Assembly: GCF_963921235.1 (NCBI RefSeq)
Contig: NC_086107.1
Location: 108,936,001 to 109,000,000 of the forward strand
Direction of reading: 5' to 3'
DNA: 64,000 bases
DNA from: Mobula hypostoma
Taxonomy: Eukaryota
How positions within the stretch are numbered: position 1 is the stretch's first letter; every line of letters starts with the position of its first letter. The position numbers were made by a program, and so were the translations under genes. The notes below the pieces were generated by a model that saw nothing but the letters and a program-made list of their open reading frames with translations, was not told the origin of the DNA and searched no databases. This document shows, one piece after another, positions 1-13,106 of this stretch.

Positions 1-460
1 TGCAGAGGAGATTTACCAGGCTGCTGCCTGGATTGGAGAGCGTGTCTCATGAGGATAGGTTGAGTAAGTGAAGGTTTTTCTCTTTGGAGCGAAGGAGGAT
101 GAGCGATGACTTGATAGAGGTATACACGATGATAAGGGGCAGAGATCAAGTGGACAGCCAGAGACTTTTCCCCAGGGTGGAAACAGCAAGGGGTTATAAT
201 TTTCAGATAATTGAATGCAAGTATAGGGGTGATGTCAGAGGTACATTATTTTACACAGAGAGTGGTAGGCGCATGCCACACCCTGTCAGAGGTGGTGATA
301 GAGGAATATTTAAAATAAACTCTTAAGTTAATCACTTGGATGATAGAAAAATGGAGAGATATGTCGGAGGGAAAGGTTAGATTCATTTTAGAGTTGGTTA
401 TATGATAGCACAACATTGTGGGCCGAAGGGTTTGTACTGTGCTGCTTTCTATGTTCTATA
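1..460 (+). mobile_element. CR1-clade LINE 3' fragment (degraded)
   Basis: Encodes LERRRMSDDLIEVY...RLFPR, the C-terminus of CR1 ORF2; ends in TTCTATGTTCTAT tail. Confidence 0.85.
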
Positions 461-625
461 ATCTTGAATCATTAAGCCAAACTCAAGGATCTAGAGTGGG
501 ACTTGAATCTACAAACACATTGGCTCAGACCCAAGAGAGTATTCCCTGCTGACACTGGAATAGATTGAGAGCAGGTATGGTGATTTTTTTTCTTTGTTAT
601 TCTTCTCCATGTCTTGTAGCTTACC

Positions 626-782
626 TTGTCATTTCTTTAGCATTTGTCTGTCTTTTACGAGGCCGAGCTGCTAGCTCAATATTCAACCCAGCACGGATGG
701 AATGCGTGCAAGGAGCTGGCTGGATTCGAACCCGTAACCACTCGCCTCGAGGTTCGCCACTGATGCCACTACACGACCAGCC
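626..782 (-). mobile_element. tRNA-derived SINE
   Basis: Minus strand starts GGCTGGTCGTGTAGTGG (A-box-like) and has GGTTCGAATCC (B box). Confidence 0.6.
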
Positions 783-1623
783 AACAAACAATTGTGATAG
801 AGTGGTTAAAATACCAGTCCAGCAATTCAAAATGAGCATTCCCCACTGACACTGGAATAGACTGAGAGCAGCGATGGCGATGTAGTAGTTAAAATACCAG
901 ACCAGAGATTCAAAGACTTGAACTAACAATCCAAAGACACAAATTCAAATCCCACCTGACAGATGGCATCTGGAAGATGTTGTTTCAGTTAATTAGAAAG
1001 GACTAGTCCGTGCCTGTGAGACTACATCTGGTTCACCATGTCCGGAAGGGAATGTTCCCTTTACCTGCTCTAACTTATTAGTTGACTCCACACTCTCGGC
1101 TGAAATGACCAGAAGCCATTCAGTTCTACATTGTGCTTGTGCACCGCTTCTACGTCAGGATTTCAGTCTATTCATTTCTTCCCTGGAATCTGGTTGTCAC
1201 CTGGCAAGTTCAATGTGTATTATTTATCCCTGCTTGCCTTTGAGAAGGGAGTGGTGTTCTCGAACTGCAGAAGCTCCTCTGGTGAAGGATCCCCCTTGGT
1301 GCTGTGGAATGGGGGCATCCAGGATTTAGATCCAACAATGGTGAGGGACTGCTGATGTTCTTCCAATTCAGGATGGTGTGCAACTTAATGGGGAGAGCCT
1401 GTAGATGGTGGAGCTCCCACGAATTACACCAAGTGTCGATTTTAAAAAGGCTTCTTTTTTCAATACTCGGACTGTACTTTCTCTTTTTCTCGGAGTCCCC
1501 TCGTGCATATGCTTTGTTCCTTGGATTGTTTACCTTTTATGTCTAATTTGTTTGTCTTCATGCTAGCCCTGACTTTTCACTTTAAGTTGCAGGTGTCTCA
1601 TTTGGGATCATGGGGATTATTAA

Positions 1624-1992
1624 CGTTGAAAGGCATGGACAGAGTGGATGTGGCAAAGTTGTTTCCCATGACGGAGGAGTCTAGTACGAGAGGGCATGAC
1701 TTAAGGATTGAAGGGCGCCCATTCAGAACAGAAATGCGAAGAAATTTTTTTAGTCAGAGGGTGGTGAATCTATGGAATTTGTTGCCACGGGCGGCAGTGG
1801 AGGCCAAGTCATTGGGTGTGTTTAAGGCAGAGATTGATAGGTATCTGAGTAGCCAGGGCATCAAAGGTTATGGTGAGAAGGTGGGGGAGTGGGACTAAAT
1901 GGGAGAATGGATCAGCTCATGATAAAATGGCGGAGCAGACTCGATGGGCCGAATGGCCAACTTCTGCTCCTTTGTCTTATGGTCTTATGGTC
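1624..1992 (+). mobile_element. 5'-truncated CR1 LINE with 6-bp TSD
   Basis: ORF ...TRGHDLRIEGRPFRTEMRRNFFSQRVVNLWNLLP; (TTATGGTC)n tail; TSD TATTAA at 1618-1623 and 1993-1998. Confidence 0.92.
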
Positions 1993-2562
1993 TATTAAGC
2001 TCTTAACCTATTGATCACTTTTATGCAACTTGGGATCATTTAATTAGCACAAGATTTTTCAATGTCCGGAATTCCTACATGCTCCAGGGTGTTTTTTTTG
2101 GGGGGGGGTGTCAACCCCTCTTTGTTGGTTCGCTCTGGTTGCTTGTCGGGTGAAACGCAGACGGAGTTCTTCTATGTATCGTTTGTCAAGATTGTGTATT
2201 GTTTGCCTGAACTCTTGTTAGTATTTCCAGTCAACCTTTGTAATAACTCTTTAGTTTTGCTTTAATCGTCCAAGTCTTTATGATTCGTGCACTTGAGTTC
2301 TCTGGAAGACCCTCGCACCAAGTATCGGCGGCCTTTTTCCTTCTTGGTGGGAGAAGTTGCCCAACGACATTGGACATTACGATTATAGACTCACTTTGTG
2401 GCCTATTTTAGACCTTCACAGAGCACAGCAAGTAGAAACGTGGCCTCACGTCTCCAGTGACCTGGACTGAAACCTGACCTTTTCTGTGACCCACATGGAG
2501 TTTTCACATTCTCTTTGTGGCAGCATGGGTTTCCTCCAACAAAGATTGAGTGGTAATAGTTG

Positions 2563-3730
2563 GAGACTTTTTCCCAGGGCGGAAGTGGCTAATACGAGGT
2601 GGGGGAAGGATAATTTTAAGGTGACTGGAAAAAGTATGAGGGTGGGGGATGTCAGAGAGAAGTTGTACTTTATACAGAGAGTGGTGAGTGCATGGAACAC
2701 CCTGCCAAGGGTGGCTGGTAGAGGCAGATACTTTAAGACATTTATGAGACTCTTAGACAGGCATATGGATGATAGAAAAGTCAAAGTTCAAAGTTCAAAA
2801 TAAATTGATTATCAAAGTACATGAGATTCATTTTCTTGCGAGCATCCTCAATAAATCCATAATAGAATAATCACCATAATAGAATCAATGTAACACCTCA
2901 TCAACTTGGACTTACAACTAGTACATAAAAGATAACAAACTGCGCAAATACAAAATGAAAGAAATCATAATAATAAATAAATAAGCAATAGATATTTAGA
3001 ACATGAAGAGTCATAGAAAAGTACAGCACAGAAACAGGCCCTTTGGCCCATCTAGTCCATGCTGAGCTGTTTAAGCTGCCTACTCCCATTGATCTGCACC
3101 AGGACCATTGCCCTCCATACCCCTACCATCCATGTACCTATCCAAACTTCTCTTAAATGTTGAAATCGAGCTCACATGCACTACTTGTGCTGGTGGCTCA
3201 TTCCACACTCTCTCCGTCCTCTGAGTGAAGAGGTTTCGTCTCATGTTCCTCTTAAACCTTTCACCTTAACCCACGACTTCTGGTTGTAGTCCCACCCAAC
3301 CACAGTGGAAAAAGCCTGCTTGCATTTACCCTGTCTGTACCCCTCATAATTTTGTGCACCTCTATCAGATCTCCTCTCAATTTCGATGTTCTAAGGAATA
3401 AAGTCCTAGCCTATTCAATCTTTCCATATAACTCAGGTGCTCCAGACCCAGTCACATTCCGGTAAATTTTCTCTGTACTCTTTCAACCTCGTTAACATCC
3501 TTTCTGTACGTACATGACCAAAACTACGCACAGTACTCCAAATTAGGCCTCACCAATGTCTTATACAACTTCAACATAATATCCCATCTTCTGTCCTTAA
3601 AAGTGAGTCCATAGAAAGATGGAGGGTTTTGCAGGATCGAGGGGTTAGATTGATCTTAGAGTAAGTTAAAAGACTGACACAACATCATGAAACGAAGGGC
3701 CTGTTCTGTGCTGTAATGTTCTATGTTCTA
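2563..3730 (+). mobile_element. CR1 3' fragment split by nested insertions (pieces ~2563-2780 and ~3611-3730)
   Basis: RLFPRAEVANTR...QRVVSAWNTLP; the 3'UTR resumes after a duplicated ATAGAAA near 3611 and ends in TTCTATGTTCTAT. Confidence 0.75.
3009..3592 (-). mobile_element. CR1 LINE 3' fragment
   Basis: Reverse strand matches the CR1 C-terminal region (LYKTLVRPNLEY-type) and 3'UTR seen in other copies. Confidence 0.85.
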
Positions 3731-4327
3731 TCCAAAAGATGAGAGGGTTGGCAAACTAATTTGCTGCTGTAAGGTGTTACTAGCGTCTAGGTGAGTGGTA
3801 AGATATGAGAGGGGGGAGTTAATAGAATGTTGGCAGAATAACATGGTATTAGTGTAGGGTTAGCATGAATAGGTGTTTGATGGGCCAAAGGGTCATCCCT
3901 TGTATGACTCTGATTACAGTTCACCCCACTGCCTTTCTCCAGTTTAAGACTAATGTTGTTAACCATAATGTTCTCCAGAATACTTCCTATGGTTCTGTCA
4001 ATTCTCTACAATACTGTGACTACCCCCCACCCCCCAGTGGTTAAGTGCCCGGAGGTTACCAAGGGAGACACCCTCACTTCCATGAATCCACCTAAAGTCC
4101 TGCTGAAGAGGAAGGTTTGTTAATCGGCTTGTACCTTGAGGAATGGAGTCTGTCTGAGAAGGTGCATTCAAGAACTGACAGTCTGTAGCTGGTCTGAAAA
4201 TAGAATAATCGGAATGGTAAATGTGATAATTATTTTCAGAAGAAATGTAAATTTCCACAACCACCAGACATCCTTACATACCCATCACTTTTATTCTTTC
4301 ACAGGAGGTTACAGAGTCATTGAAAAG

Positions 4328-4955
4328 CACAGTGGCCACTTTATTAAGTACTTCCTGTAGCTACTAATTTCACCACTGTGTGTATATTTGTAGTCTTCTG
4401 CAGCTGTAGCCAATTCACTTCAAGATTCGATGTGTTGTGCATTCAGAGATACTGTTCTGCACACCACTGTTGTAATGTGCGGTTATTTGCATTACTGTCA
4501 GCTTAAACCAGTCTGGCCATTCTCCTCTGACCTCTCTCATTAAAAAGACATTTTTGCCCGCTGAACTGTCGCTGACTGGATTTTTTTTAATTTTTCAAAC
4601 TATTCTCAGAAAGCTCTAGAGACTTGTGCATGAAAATCCCAGGAGATCAGCAGTTTCTGAGATACTTAAACCACCCCATGTGGTACCAGCAATTATTCCA
4701 CGGACACGGATGCTGCCCAACCTGCTGAGTTCCTCCAGCATGTTGTGAGTGTTGCTTTGACCCCAGCATCTGCAGATTATTTTGTGTCTTCAGTCATATT
4801 ATCTTCCCCATTCTGATGTTTGGTCTGAACAACAACTGAACCTCTTAACCATGTCTGCGTGCTTTTATGCATTGAGTTGTTGCCACATCTCTGATGATTG
4901 GATACTTGCATTAACGAACAGGTGCACAGGTGTACCTAATAAAGTGGCCACTGTG
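4328..4955. mobile_element. Tc1/mariner-derived non-autonomous DNA transposon
   Basis: Terminal inverted repeats CACAGTGGCCACTTTATTAAGTAC ... GTACCTAATAAAGTGGCCACTGTG; interior matches the 42020-42555 copy; PLE tail fragment inserted at ~4703-4790. Confidence 0.8.
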
Positions 4956-5528
4956 GAAGTTTATTCAATACACCCACCACCCACTATGTGAAAACTTTGC
5001 TCCACCACAACCATTTCAACTCCTGTTTCATTGACATCATCTCTTGATGTTCTCCTCCAGATATTTTCCACCTAGTTCTTCCACAGTGGAAATTCCTTCC
5101 TCTACAGAAATCAGTTGGGAGAATATCGGAATGGAATTTACTAGAGGCACAACGAGATTCAACGTCTTCACGACAAATACTACTCCTCTGACACAGCAGT
5201 ACTGTGCCAGAATTGGGACAGATTCAAGTCAAATTCAAGTTTATTGTCATGTGCACCAGTGTACACATGTGCAGGTGCAACGGAAAATATCTTACTTGCA
5301 GCAGCTTCACGGGAATAGAGCATCAGGCTTGCAGGTGTACCTAATAAAGTGGCCACTGTGTGTTTATGATATGGTTGCATTTTGTGTTTCCTTGTAACTG
5401 TACCCATAACTATCATCCATTACATCTCCATCCCACTGTACCCTTAGCCTTCAAGTTCAGCAGGACCAGAATGGGAAGAGATACTAAACACAACAACAAG
5501 AGGGGCCTAAGAAGGAATATAAAAATTC

Positions 5529-5926
5529 ATTCGTTACGTGCCGTGTCGTATGACATGGGCGATTGTGGTCTTTCCATGGCCATGATTGTCCTTGGCAGTT
5601 TTTTTCTCCAGGAGTGGAAGTGGTTTGCCATCGCCTTCTTCGGGGCAATATCTTTACAAGACAGGTGACCCCCCCCCACCCCCCACCAGCCATTATCAAT
5701 CCTAGTCAGAGATTGTCTGCCTGGCGTCAGTGGTCGCATAACCCAGACCTGTGATATGCACCAGCTGCTCATACGACCATCTACCACCTGCTCCCTTGGC
5801 TTTAGGTGACCCTGATCAGGGGGACAGGGGGTGGTTAACCTTGCCCAATTGGTGACCCGCATGCTAGCAAAGGGAAGAAGCAACTTACGCCTCCTTTGGT
5901 AGAGACATATCTTCACCCTGCCACCC
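5529..5926 (-). mobile_element. RTE-related non-autonomous retroelement (copy 1 of 3)
   Basis: Repeated at ~25684-25985 and ~40190-40562; carries GAAGGCGATGGCAAACCACT, resembling the BovB/RTE-associated SINE motif. Confidence 0.6.
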
Positions 5927-6159
5927 ATAATATGAAAATATTAAGGTTATATAACAGTAAATCACGACAGATGAGATATGGGTGTGTCCATTGAGGGACA
6001 GACAGATCAAGGCCACACATATTAACAGGAAGAGGATGAAAATATTAAACATTGTTTAGCTTCAGTATCCAGCAAGACGATAAGATAGGTGGGTATGTCA
6101 ATGGTTGCAAGGATGATAAATGAAATGAGTGTAATTAAAAACTGAATATAAGATACACG

Positions 6160-6400
6160 AATCAAATGAGATAAAGCCCCAGGTCCAGATAAGCTGCCTC
6201 AGTATATTTTAAAAGAACCAAAGGAAGAGATATTCGAAGCATTACTGAGGATATTTAATAGTTTCTTAGCGACAGGTGTGGTGTCAGACCATTGTTAGAA
6301 AGTTAATGTAGTACCTGTAGTTATAAAAGGAGGGGGAAATAGAAGCTTACAGGGAATTATAGAGCAATCGGCTTAATAAGAGTGGTGGGAAAAGAGTGGG
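6160..6400 (+). mobile_element. Old CR1 RT N-terminal fragment
   Basis: GATAAAGCCCCAGGTCCAGAT (DKAPGPD) followed by degraded ...NV.P...KG...GNYR.I.L motif. Confidence 0.65.
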
Positions 6401-8759
6401 ATAACTACATGGGAGAGATTAGCAGCACAACCAAATAGAAATATAGCAATGAGAAGTCTGCACAGATTTCAAAAGTGAAAATGGCATTTACTTATCCAGA
6501 GGAGAGCAGGCTCTTCCAGCTCAACGAGCTGCACCACCCAGCAAACCATCTAACACTACCCTAATCACCGGTAAATTTACAATGATGTGTCATTGAAATA
6601 AGTTCATGGGTTTGGTGAGTGAGACAGAAGACACTAACTGCGAATAAGGATATTAATCAGTTACTTACAAAAGTAAACAATTTGACCAAACATTTAAGTC
6701 CACCCCCCCAAGTTACACAAACTACAGAACTAAATATTCAACAATAGATACTTAGCCAAAAAGTGTGCGTGCAGCATACTTTCCTGACAGTTCTCTGTAA
6801 CATGCCTCAGACAAAGGGGAGAGAGAGAATTGCTCACATGTGCTGTCCTTTATACCCTCGAGCTGTTTGAAACTGGGCACTGGATGCCACGGCACCCAAG
6901 ACAACCAATGGGAAGGGCAGCTACAGCTTTTAAACTGACCAATCATGATCAGCACAATGGAAGCAGCCTTCATCAGCAAATAAATCATGCCCTCCCTACA
7001 GGTCTTTGGAATGTGGGAGGAAATTGGGGCACCCGGAGGAAATCAACGCACTCACCTGATGAACATACAAACACTTTACGGACGGCATCAGAATCGAACT
7101 CCGAACTCTGGATACCCTCGAGCTGAGATGTCGCCGTGGTAACTGCCATGCTCCCATGGCTAGAAAATGTTGCTTGACTTACCTTAATGAAATTTTTGAG
7201 GAAGCATCAGAGAACAGCCAGATGTACTTCATCATGCCCTCAATAACGTACCTCAAGACAAACAAGTGAGCATCAGAGAATGTGGAAATACACCCCTTCA
7301 TCTCCACTCTAATCCTTCCAGCAGTTATAATTTCTGGTCCTCAGACTTCTTGCTGAAGGAAACATGCCTAACGACAACAACACAGACAAACACCTACGTC
7401 AGTCCCAATTAAGGGTCACGGCCCGAAATGTTGACTCTTTGTTCTTTTCCATAGAGGTTACCTTACCTGCTGAATTCCTGCAGCATTTTGTGTGTGTTAC
7501 TCTGGACTTCCAGCATCTGCCGAATCTCTTGTGCCTAACAGCATCAAGATTTTAAATGTCTTACCTTTCTCTATATCAGCGGAAACAATCCCACCTTAAG
7601 TAATCTCGTCGTTATCCATCTCCAGCCCTGGAAACACCTCCATACAGTTAACAAATAGCCAAGTTCCAAGTTCAGACTGAACTTATTATCTAAAGTACGT
7701 ATATGTCACCATACTCTACCCTGAGATTCATTTTCTTGCAGGCATTCACAGCAAAACAAAGAAATACAGTAGAACCAATGAAAGTGCATGCAAGGATGGA
7801 CAAACAGACAACCATGTTGACACACAACGATCCACCAAGCTCCCACATCCTCTGCTCACTGACGAGAATTGTGTATAGTGCAATGGCCCAACTGATCTTC
7901 AATGATATATCAATGTTAAATTTCAGAACTAAAAATTAATTGTTATTGAATGTACTTGAGCTTCCAGCATTGCTTTTTTATGCATAAAATATATTCTGAA
8001 ATGTTCTAGCCCAATCTCCCTGCTCTTATATTTTATGTCCTTGTTAATGATATCTGAAATGTTCTTCCACCAGTCTGGCAGATTAAAGGTTTTTTGAGCA
8101 GAAGGAATACAGGGGTCAGCCTAATCATATTCTGTCCCTGGGATCTGAACACACCAATTTCACTTGGTATCCAGAAGAGGCAGGGGCCTGCAGTCAATGA
8201 TGACACAGCACTAAATTGAACTAAACTGAATATTTCTAGACTGTGTCAATGACTCTGTGCTTTGATGTTTTATATTCTGTATGTTTTTCGCTCATTTTTG
8301 CTGTTGGAGCAATTTGTTCTTTTTTTTTTCTTTGCACTTTGGTTGTTTGATGTTTTCTTTGAACAGGTTCCATGGTTTTCTTTGTTTCGTGGCTGTCTGT
8401 GGTGAAGATGAATGTCAGGGTTGTATACTGCACACATACTTTGATAGTAAGTCTACTTTGAACTTTGAATTTGCCTTTGATATCTTCAATCCATCGGTAA
8501 TTTTGTATTGAATCAAAACCAGGGCCTAGGATTGTTGTGTTGAACACCTACTTATCAATCCACCTGCAGAACCAAGAGGGAGTTCTCCACTTGTGATACC
8601 AGACAAGAGATTAAAAAAAAGGCGGTTGATTGCAACATCAGAACTTTACTATCTCATAATCGGCCATTTGTGTCCTGGGACATGGTGGCATAATTGTGAA
8701 GTTATTGGACTTCAGGAGCCAGGAGAACATGAGGAATTTGAATTCCCCACGGCGTGCCA

Positions 8760-9035
8760 CGATAGTGTAGCTGGTACCGCGATGCTATTGCAGTTTGGGG
8801 CATCGGCGTTCAGCATTCTCTGCCCAGCGTCCTCTGTAAGGAGTCTCTGTATGTCCGCCCCGAAGAACGTGTCGGTTTTCTCCTGGTGCTCTGGTTTCCT
8901 CCCATGGTCCAAAGAGGTTAATTAGTCATTGTAAATTGCCCCTGTGATTAGCATAGGGTTAAATCGAAGTCATCAGGGATGCTGCTGCAGTGCAGCTCAG
9001 AGGGCTAGAAGGGCCTATTCCATGCTGTATCTCAG
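8760..9035 (+). mobile_element. V-SINE (HE1-like), degraded
   Basis: V-domain-like GTTTTCTCCTGGTGCTCTGGTTTCCTCCCA followed by CR1-like tail GAAGGGCCTATTCCATGCTGTATCTC. Confidence 0.7.
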
Positions 9036-9737
9036 TAATAGGTCCAGTTAACAATCAAGTCGTATGAACAATAGAAAAATATATTCAGCTGGCTTTTGAC
9101 TTTAGACCCTTAACTACCTGCTGAAACATTGTGGGACAATTAGAGTTGCCAGTGATATCCACATCTTGTGCATGCTCTGAATATCAACCCACAACATAGT
9201 CACACAGCATAGTAACAGGCCCTTTGGCCCATCAAGTTTGCGATGGTCTGCAAGCACCCATTTATACTGTAATCTTACTCCCACCTTGTTTGATACTCCC
9301 CACATTCCCATCAACCTCCCGCAGAGTTTGTCACTCGCCTGTGTACCAGGAGCAACTTAAAGCGCCATTCAGCCTACTGACCCGTGCGCTTGGGAGGAAA
9401 CCGGAGCATGCGGAGGAAACTCACACAGTCACGGAGAGTACATGAGGTCAGGAGTGAATCGCAGTTGCTGGATCTGTCAGACAATTATACTGTGCTGCAC
9501 TGTACAATGCAGCATTAGTATGAGACCACTCTTAGTTTCTGAATGTCATTCTTTACAATGGAAGCCACAAGGAGGCCATTTGGTCTGCTCATTTTATGCA
9601 AGCCCCTTAACTGAGCTATCCAATGATTCCCATTCTCTGTCAATCATAGTTACCCAATGACCTAAATTAGAACAGCACAGGCCTTTCGGCCCACAACACT
9701 GTGCTGACCCTTTAACCTACAGCAAGATCTATCTAAC

Positions 9738-10492
9738 CAAGGTAAATGGTAGGGCACTGAAGAGAGCAGTAGAAAAGAGGGATCTGGGAATACAGATACA
9801 AAATTCCCTAAAAGTGGCATCACAGGTAGATAGGGTCATAAAGAGAGCTTTTGGTACATTGGCCTTTATAAATCAAAGTATTGAGTATAAGAGCTGGAAT
9901 GTTATGGTGAGGTTGTATAAGGCATTGGTGAGGCTGAATTTGGAGTATTGTGTTCAGTTTTGGTCACCAAATTACAGGAAGGATATTAATAAGGTTGAAA
10001 GAGTGCAGAGAAGGTTTACAAGGATGTTGCTGGGACTTGAGAAACTCAGTTACAGAGAAAGGTTGAACAGGTTAGGACTTTATTCCCTGGAGCGTAGAAG
10101 AATGAGGGGAGATTTGATAGAGATATATAAAATTATGATGGGTATAGATAGAGTGAATGCAAGCAGGTTTTTTTCCACTGAGGCTAGGGGAGAAAAAAAA
10201 CAGAGGACATGGGTTAAGGGTGAAGGGGGAAAAGTTTAAAGGGAACATTGTGGGGGAGCTTCTTCACACAGAGAGTGGTGGGAGTGTGGAATGAGCTGCC
10301 AGATGAAGTGGTAAATGTGGGCTCACTTTTAACATTTAAGGAAAACTTGGACAGGTACATGGATGAGAGGTGTATGGAGGGATAGGGTCCTGGTGCAGGT
10401 CAGTGGGACTAGGCAGAAAAATGGTTCAGCACAGCCAAGAAGGGCCAAAAGGCCTGTTTCTGTGCTGTAATGTTCTGTGGTTGTATGGTTAT
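9738..10492 (+). mobile_element. 5'-truncated CR1 LINE
   Basis: ORF 9814-10239 ...LYKALVRLNLEYCVQFWSP...RGDLIEIYKIM; CR1 3'UTR. Confidence 0.92.
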
Positions 10493-10710
10493 GAGGTCTA
10501 TATAACCCTTCCTTCCCATATAACCCTGCATTTTTCTATCATCCATGTGCCTATCTTAAGCATCTTGACTCCATCAGCACCATTGGCAGTGCATTCCACG
10601 CATTGTAAAAAAACTTAGCTCTGATATCCCCGCCAATACTTTCCTTCAATCACCTTAAAATAAGGTCCTCCCATTATATGAAAAGTGAGTCCTGACTTGG
10701 TAACACTCTA

Positions 10711-10849
10711 GCAGACTCACAGCCAATCATGAACTTTGACCAATCAAATTGGATCATCTGCAGACTCACAACCAACCAAGAACCCTGACCAATTAAGTCA
10801 GTCTGTCTGCAGACGCACAGCCAGTTGTGAAACCTGACCAATCAAACCG
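10711..10849. repeat. 49-bp minisatellite, ~3 copies, CCAAT-rich
   Basis: Units begin GCAGAC at 10711, 10760 and 10809. Confidence 0.75.
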
Positions 10850-11061
10850 CTGAAAAAGAGAGAACCTGCCTGTCATTTTCGTCTGAAAGATTCTAATGCA
10901 GTGTAACAATGAGCCAATTAAATAGCTCAGGATGGCTTGGCTAGATTGGCATCAACAACCTTGCTCTCAACATCCATAAGACCAAAGAATTGAGTGTATG
11001 CCTTCAGGCTGCTGTACCTCCTTCCTGATGGTAGCAATGAGAACAGGGCATGACCTGGCTG

Positions 11062-11730
11062 ATTAGATTAGATTATGAGGACACTCAGTCCTCGTTTATT
11101 GTCATTTAGAAATGCATGCATTAAAAAATGATACAATGTTCCTCCAGAGAGAGATCACAGAAACACGGGACAAACCAAGACTAAAACTGACAAAACCACA
11201 TAATTATAACATATAGTTACAACAGTGCAAAGCAATACCGTAATTTGTTAAAGAGCAGACCATGGGCACGGTAAAAAAAAGCCTCAAGTCCTGATAGCCC
11301 CATCATCTCACGCAGACGGTAGAAGGGAGAAACTCTCCCTGCCATGAACTCCAAGCACCTCAAACTTGCCGATGCATTGGAAGCACCCGATCGCAGCCGA
11401 CTCTGAGTCTGTCTGAAAAATTCGAGCCTCCAACCAGCCCCTCCGACACCGAGCACCGAGCGCCATCTCTGCCAAGCGCTTCGACCCCACCCCGGCCGCC
11501 GAGCAACAAGCAAAGCCGAGGACTCAGGGCCTTCCCCTCCGGAGATTCTGGATCACGCAGTAGCAGCGGCAGCGAAACAGGCATTTCAGAAGTTTCACCA
11601 GATGTTCCTCCGTGCTCTCATGTCTGTCTCCATCAAATCAGGATTGTGCACGGCACCCTTCTTGACAGATAACAGACATCACCACCGGAGTGGCCGCTGC
11701 GAGCTGCGTCGCGCCGCCATCTTCTCCTCC
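11062..11730 (-). mobile_element. ~680-bp YY1-headed non-autonomous retroelement, copy A
   Basis: Near-identical to five other copies; head GGAGGAGAAGATGGCGGCG, tail hairpin GAGGAC-TGAGT-GTCCTC plus (AATCT)n; inserted in a Rex-type fragment. Confidence 0.9.
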
Positions 11731-12085
11731 TGAAGATGGGGGTCCTTAACGAAGGATGCGGCCTTTCTGAGGCATCGCTCCTTGAAGATGTCCGAGATGC
11801 TGGGGAGGATAGTGCCCATGATGGAGCAGACTAAGTTTATAAATTCCTGTGGTTTAATTTGATCCTGTGCAGTAGCCACTCCCCCCACCCCCCCCCCCAC
11901 ATAGTACATCTGTAGAAACTTGCTGAGTGTCTTTGGTGCATACAAAATCTCCCCAAACTTCTAATGAAATATAGCCTCTGCCGTGCCTTCTTTGTAGCTG
12001 CATCAGTACGTTGGGTCCAGGTTAGATCCTCAGAGATGCTGACACCCAGGGACTTTAATTAGCTCACTCTTTGCACTTCTGATCT
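11731..12085 (-). mobile_element. Rex1/Babar-type LINE 3' fragment
   Basis: DIFKERCLRKAASFVKDPH motif; continues at ~10990-11060 on the other side of copy A. Confidence 0.75.
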
Positions 12086-13106
12086 GATCTTATTCTACAG
12101 ATGTTGAATTGGGCAATAAAATTGATCAAAGTAGAGTACAAAGTTCGAAGTAAATTTATTTTTATCCAAGTGTCATCATATGCCACCTTGAAATTCATTT
12201 TTTGCAGGCATTCACAGTAAAATAAAAAAACAACAGGAACAGTGAAAAATTACACACAAAGACTGATAATAAAACAAAGTGCAAAAGAAGACAAACTGTG
12301 CAAATAAAAAAGAAAGAAAGAAGTAAACAAGTAATACTGAGAACATGTGTTTTAGTGAGTCCATAGGTTGTGGAATCGGTTTAGAGTTGAGGTGACTGAA
12401 CTGATCCACACTGGTTCAGGAGACCGGTCGTTCTACGGTAAGAACTGTTACTGAACTGGTGGTGTGAAACGTGAGGCTCCTGTACCTCCTGCCCAATGGC
12501 AGCAGCGAGGAGGGAGCATGGCCTGGATGGTGACGGTTCTTGATGAACTCACGTGATCATAAACAGGTGCTGTGGAATCACTGCATCTCCTGTGGAGTGA
12601 TGCCTCAAAATAGTGGCGTCCATCATTAAGGACCCCCATCACCCAGGTCATGCCCTCTCAAAGCTGCCATCAGGAAGGAGATACAGAAGCCTGAAGCCAC
12701 ACACTCAACGATTCAGGAACAGCTTCTTCCCCTCTGTCACCGGATTTCTGAATGGACATTGAACCCATGAACACTACCTCCCTACCTCACAGCATTTTTA
12801 TTTCTATTTTTGAACGACTTACTTAATTTACCTATTTAATATATTCAATTCAAGCTTAATTGTCATTTAATTATACATAAATACTCATGCATACAGCCAA
12901 ACGAGACAGCGTTACTATGGGGGTCGAGGTGTTAACTGTCACACACAAGATCACAATCACAGAATAAAAGAGACCATACCCCCACCAAGCCCACCAATAT
13001 CATCTGTCAACCCGACCCAGCACCACAGCTTTGAGGCCCAGTCTTGCTCCGACGCCCAACTCCCGCTAGGCAATATCGTGGCCCTGAGGGACTGTACAAG
13101 CACATA

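Noticed and set aside
2320..2334. 15-bp exact inverted match to 58231-58245
   Set aside because: No extension on either side; a match of this length is plausible by chance in a 64-kb self-comparison.
5830..5926. Possible HDV-like ribozyme at the 5' end of the RTE-related element
   Set aside because: A P1-like pairing (GGGTGGC/GTCACC) and a hairpin are present, but I could not build P2, P3 and P1.1 in the required nested order.
6587..7010. TG...CA segment resembling a solo LTR (also ~37057-37388)
   Set aside because: No TSD and no second copy in the window, so support is insufficient.
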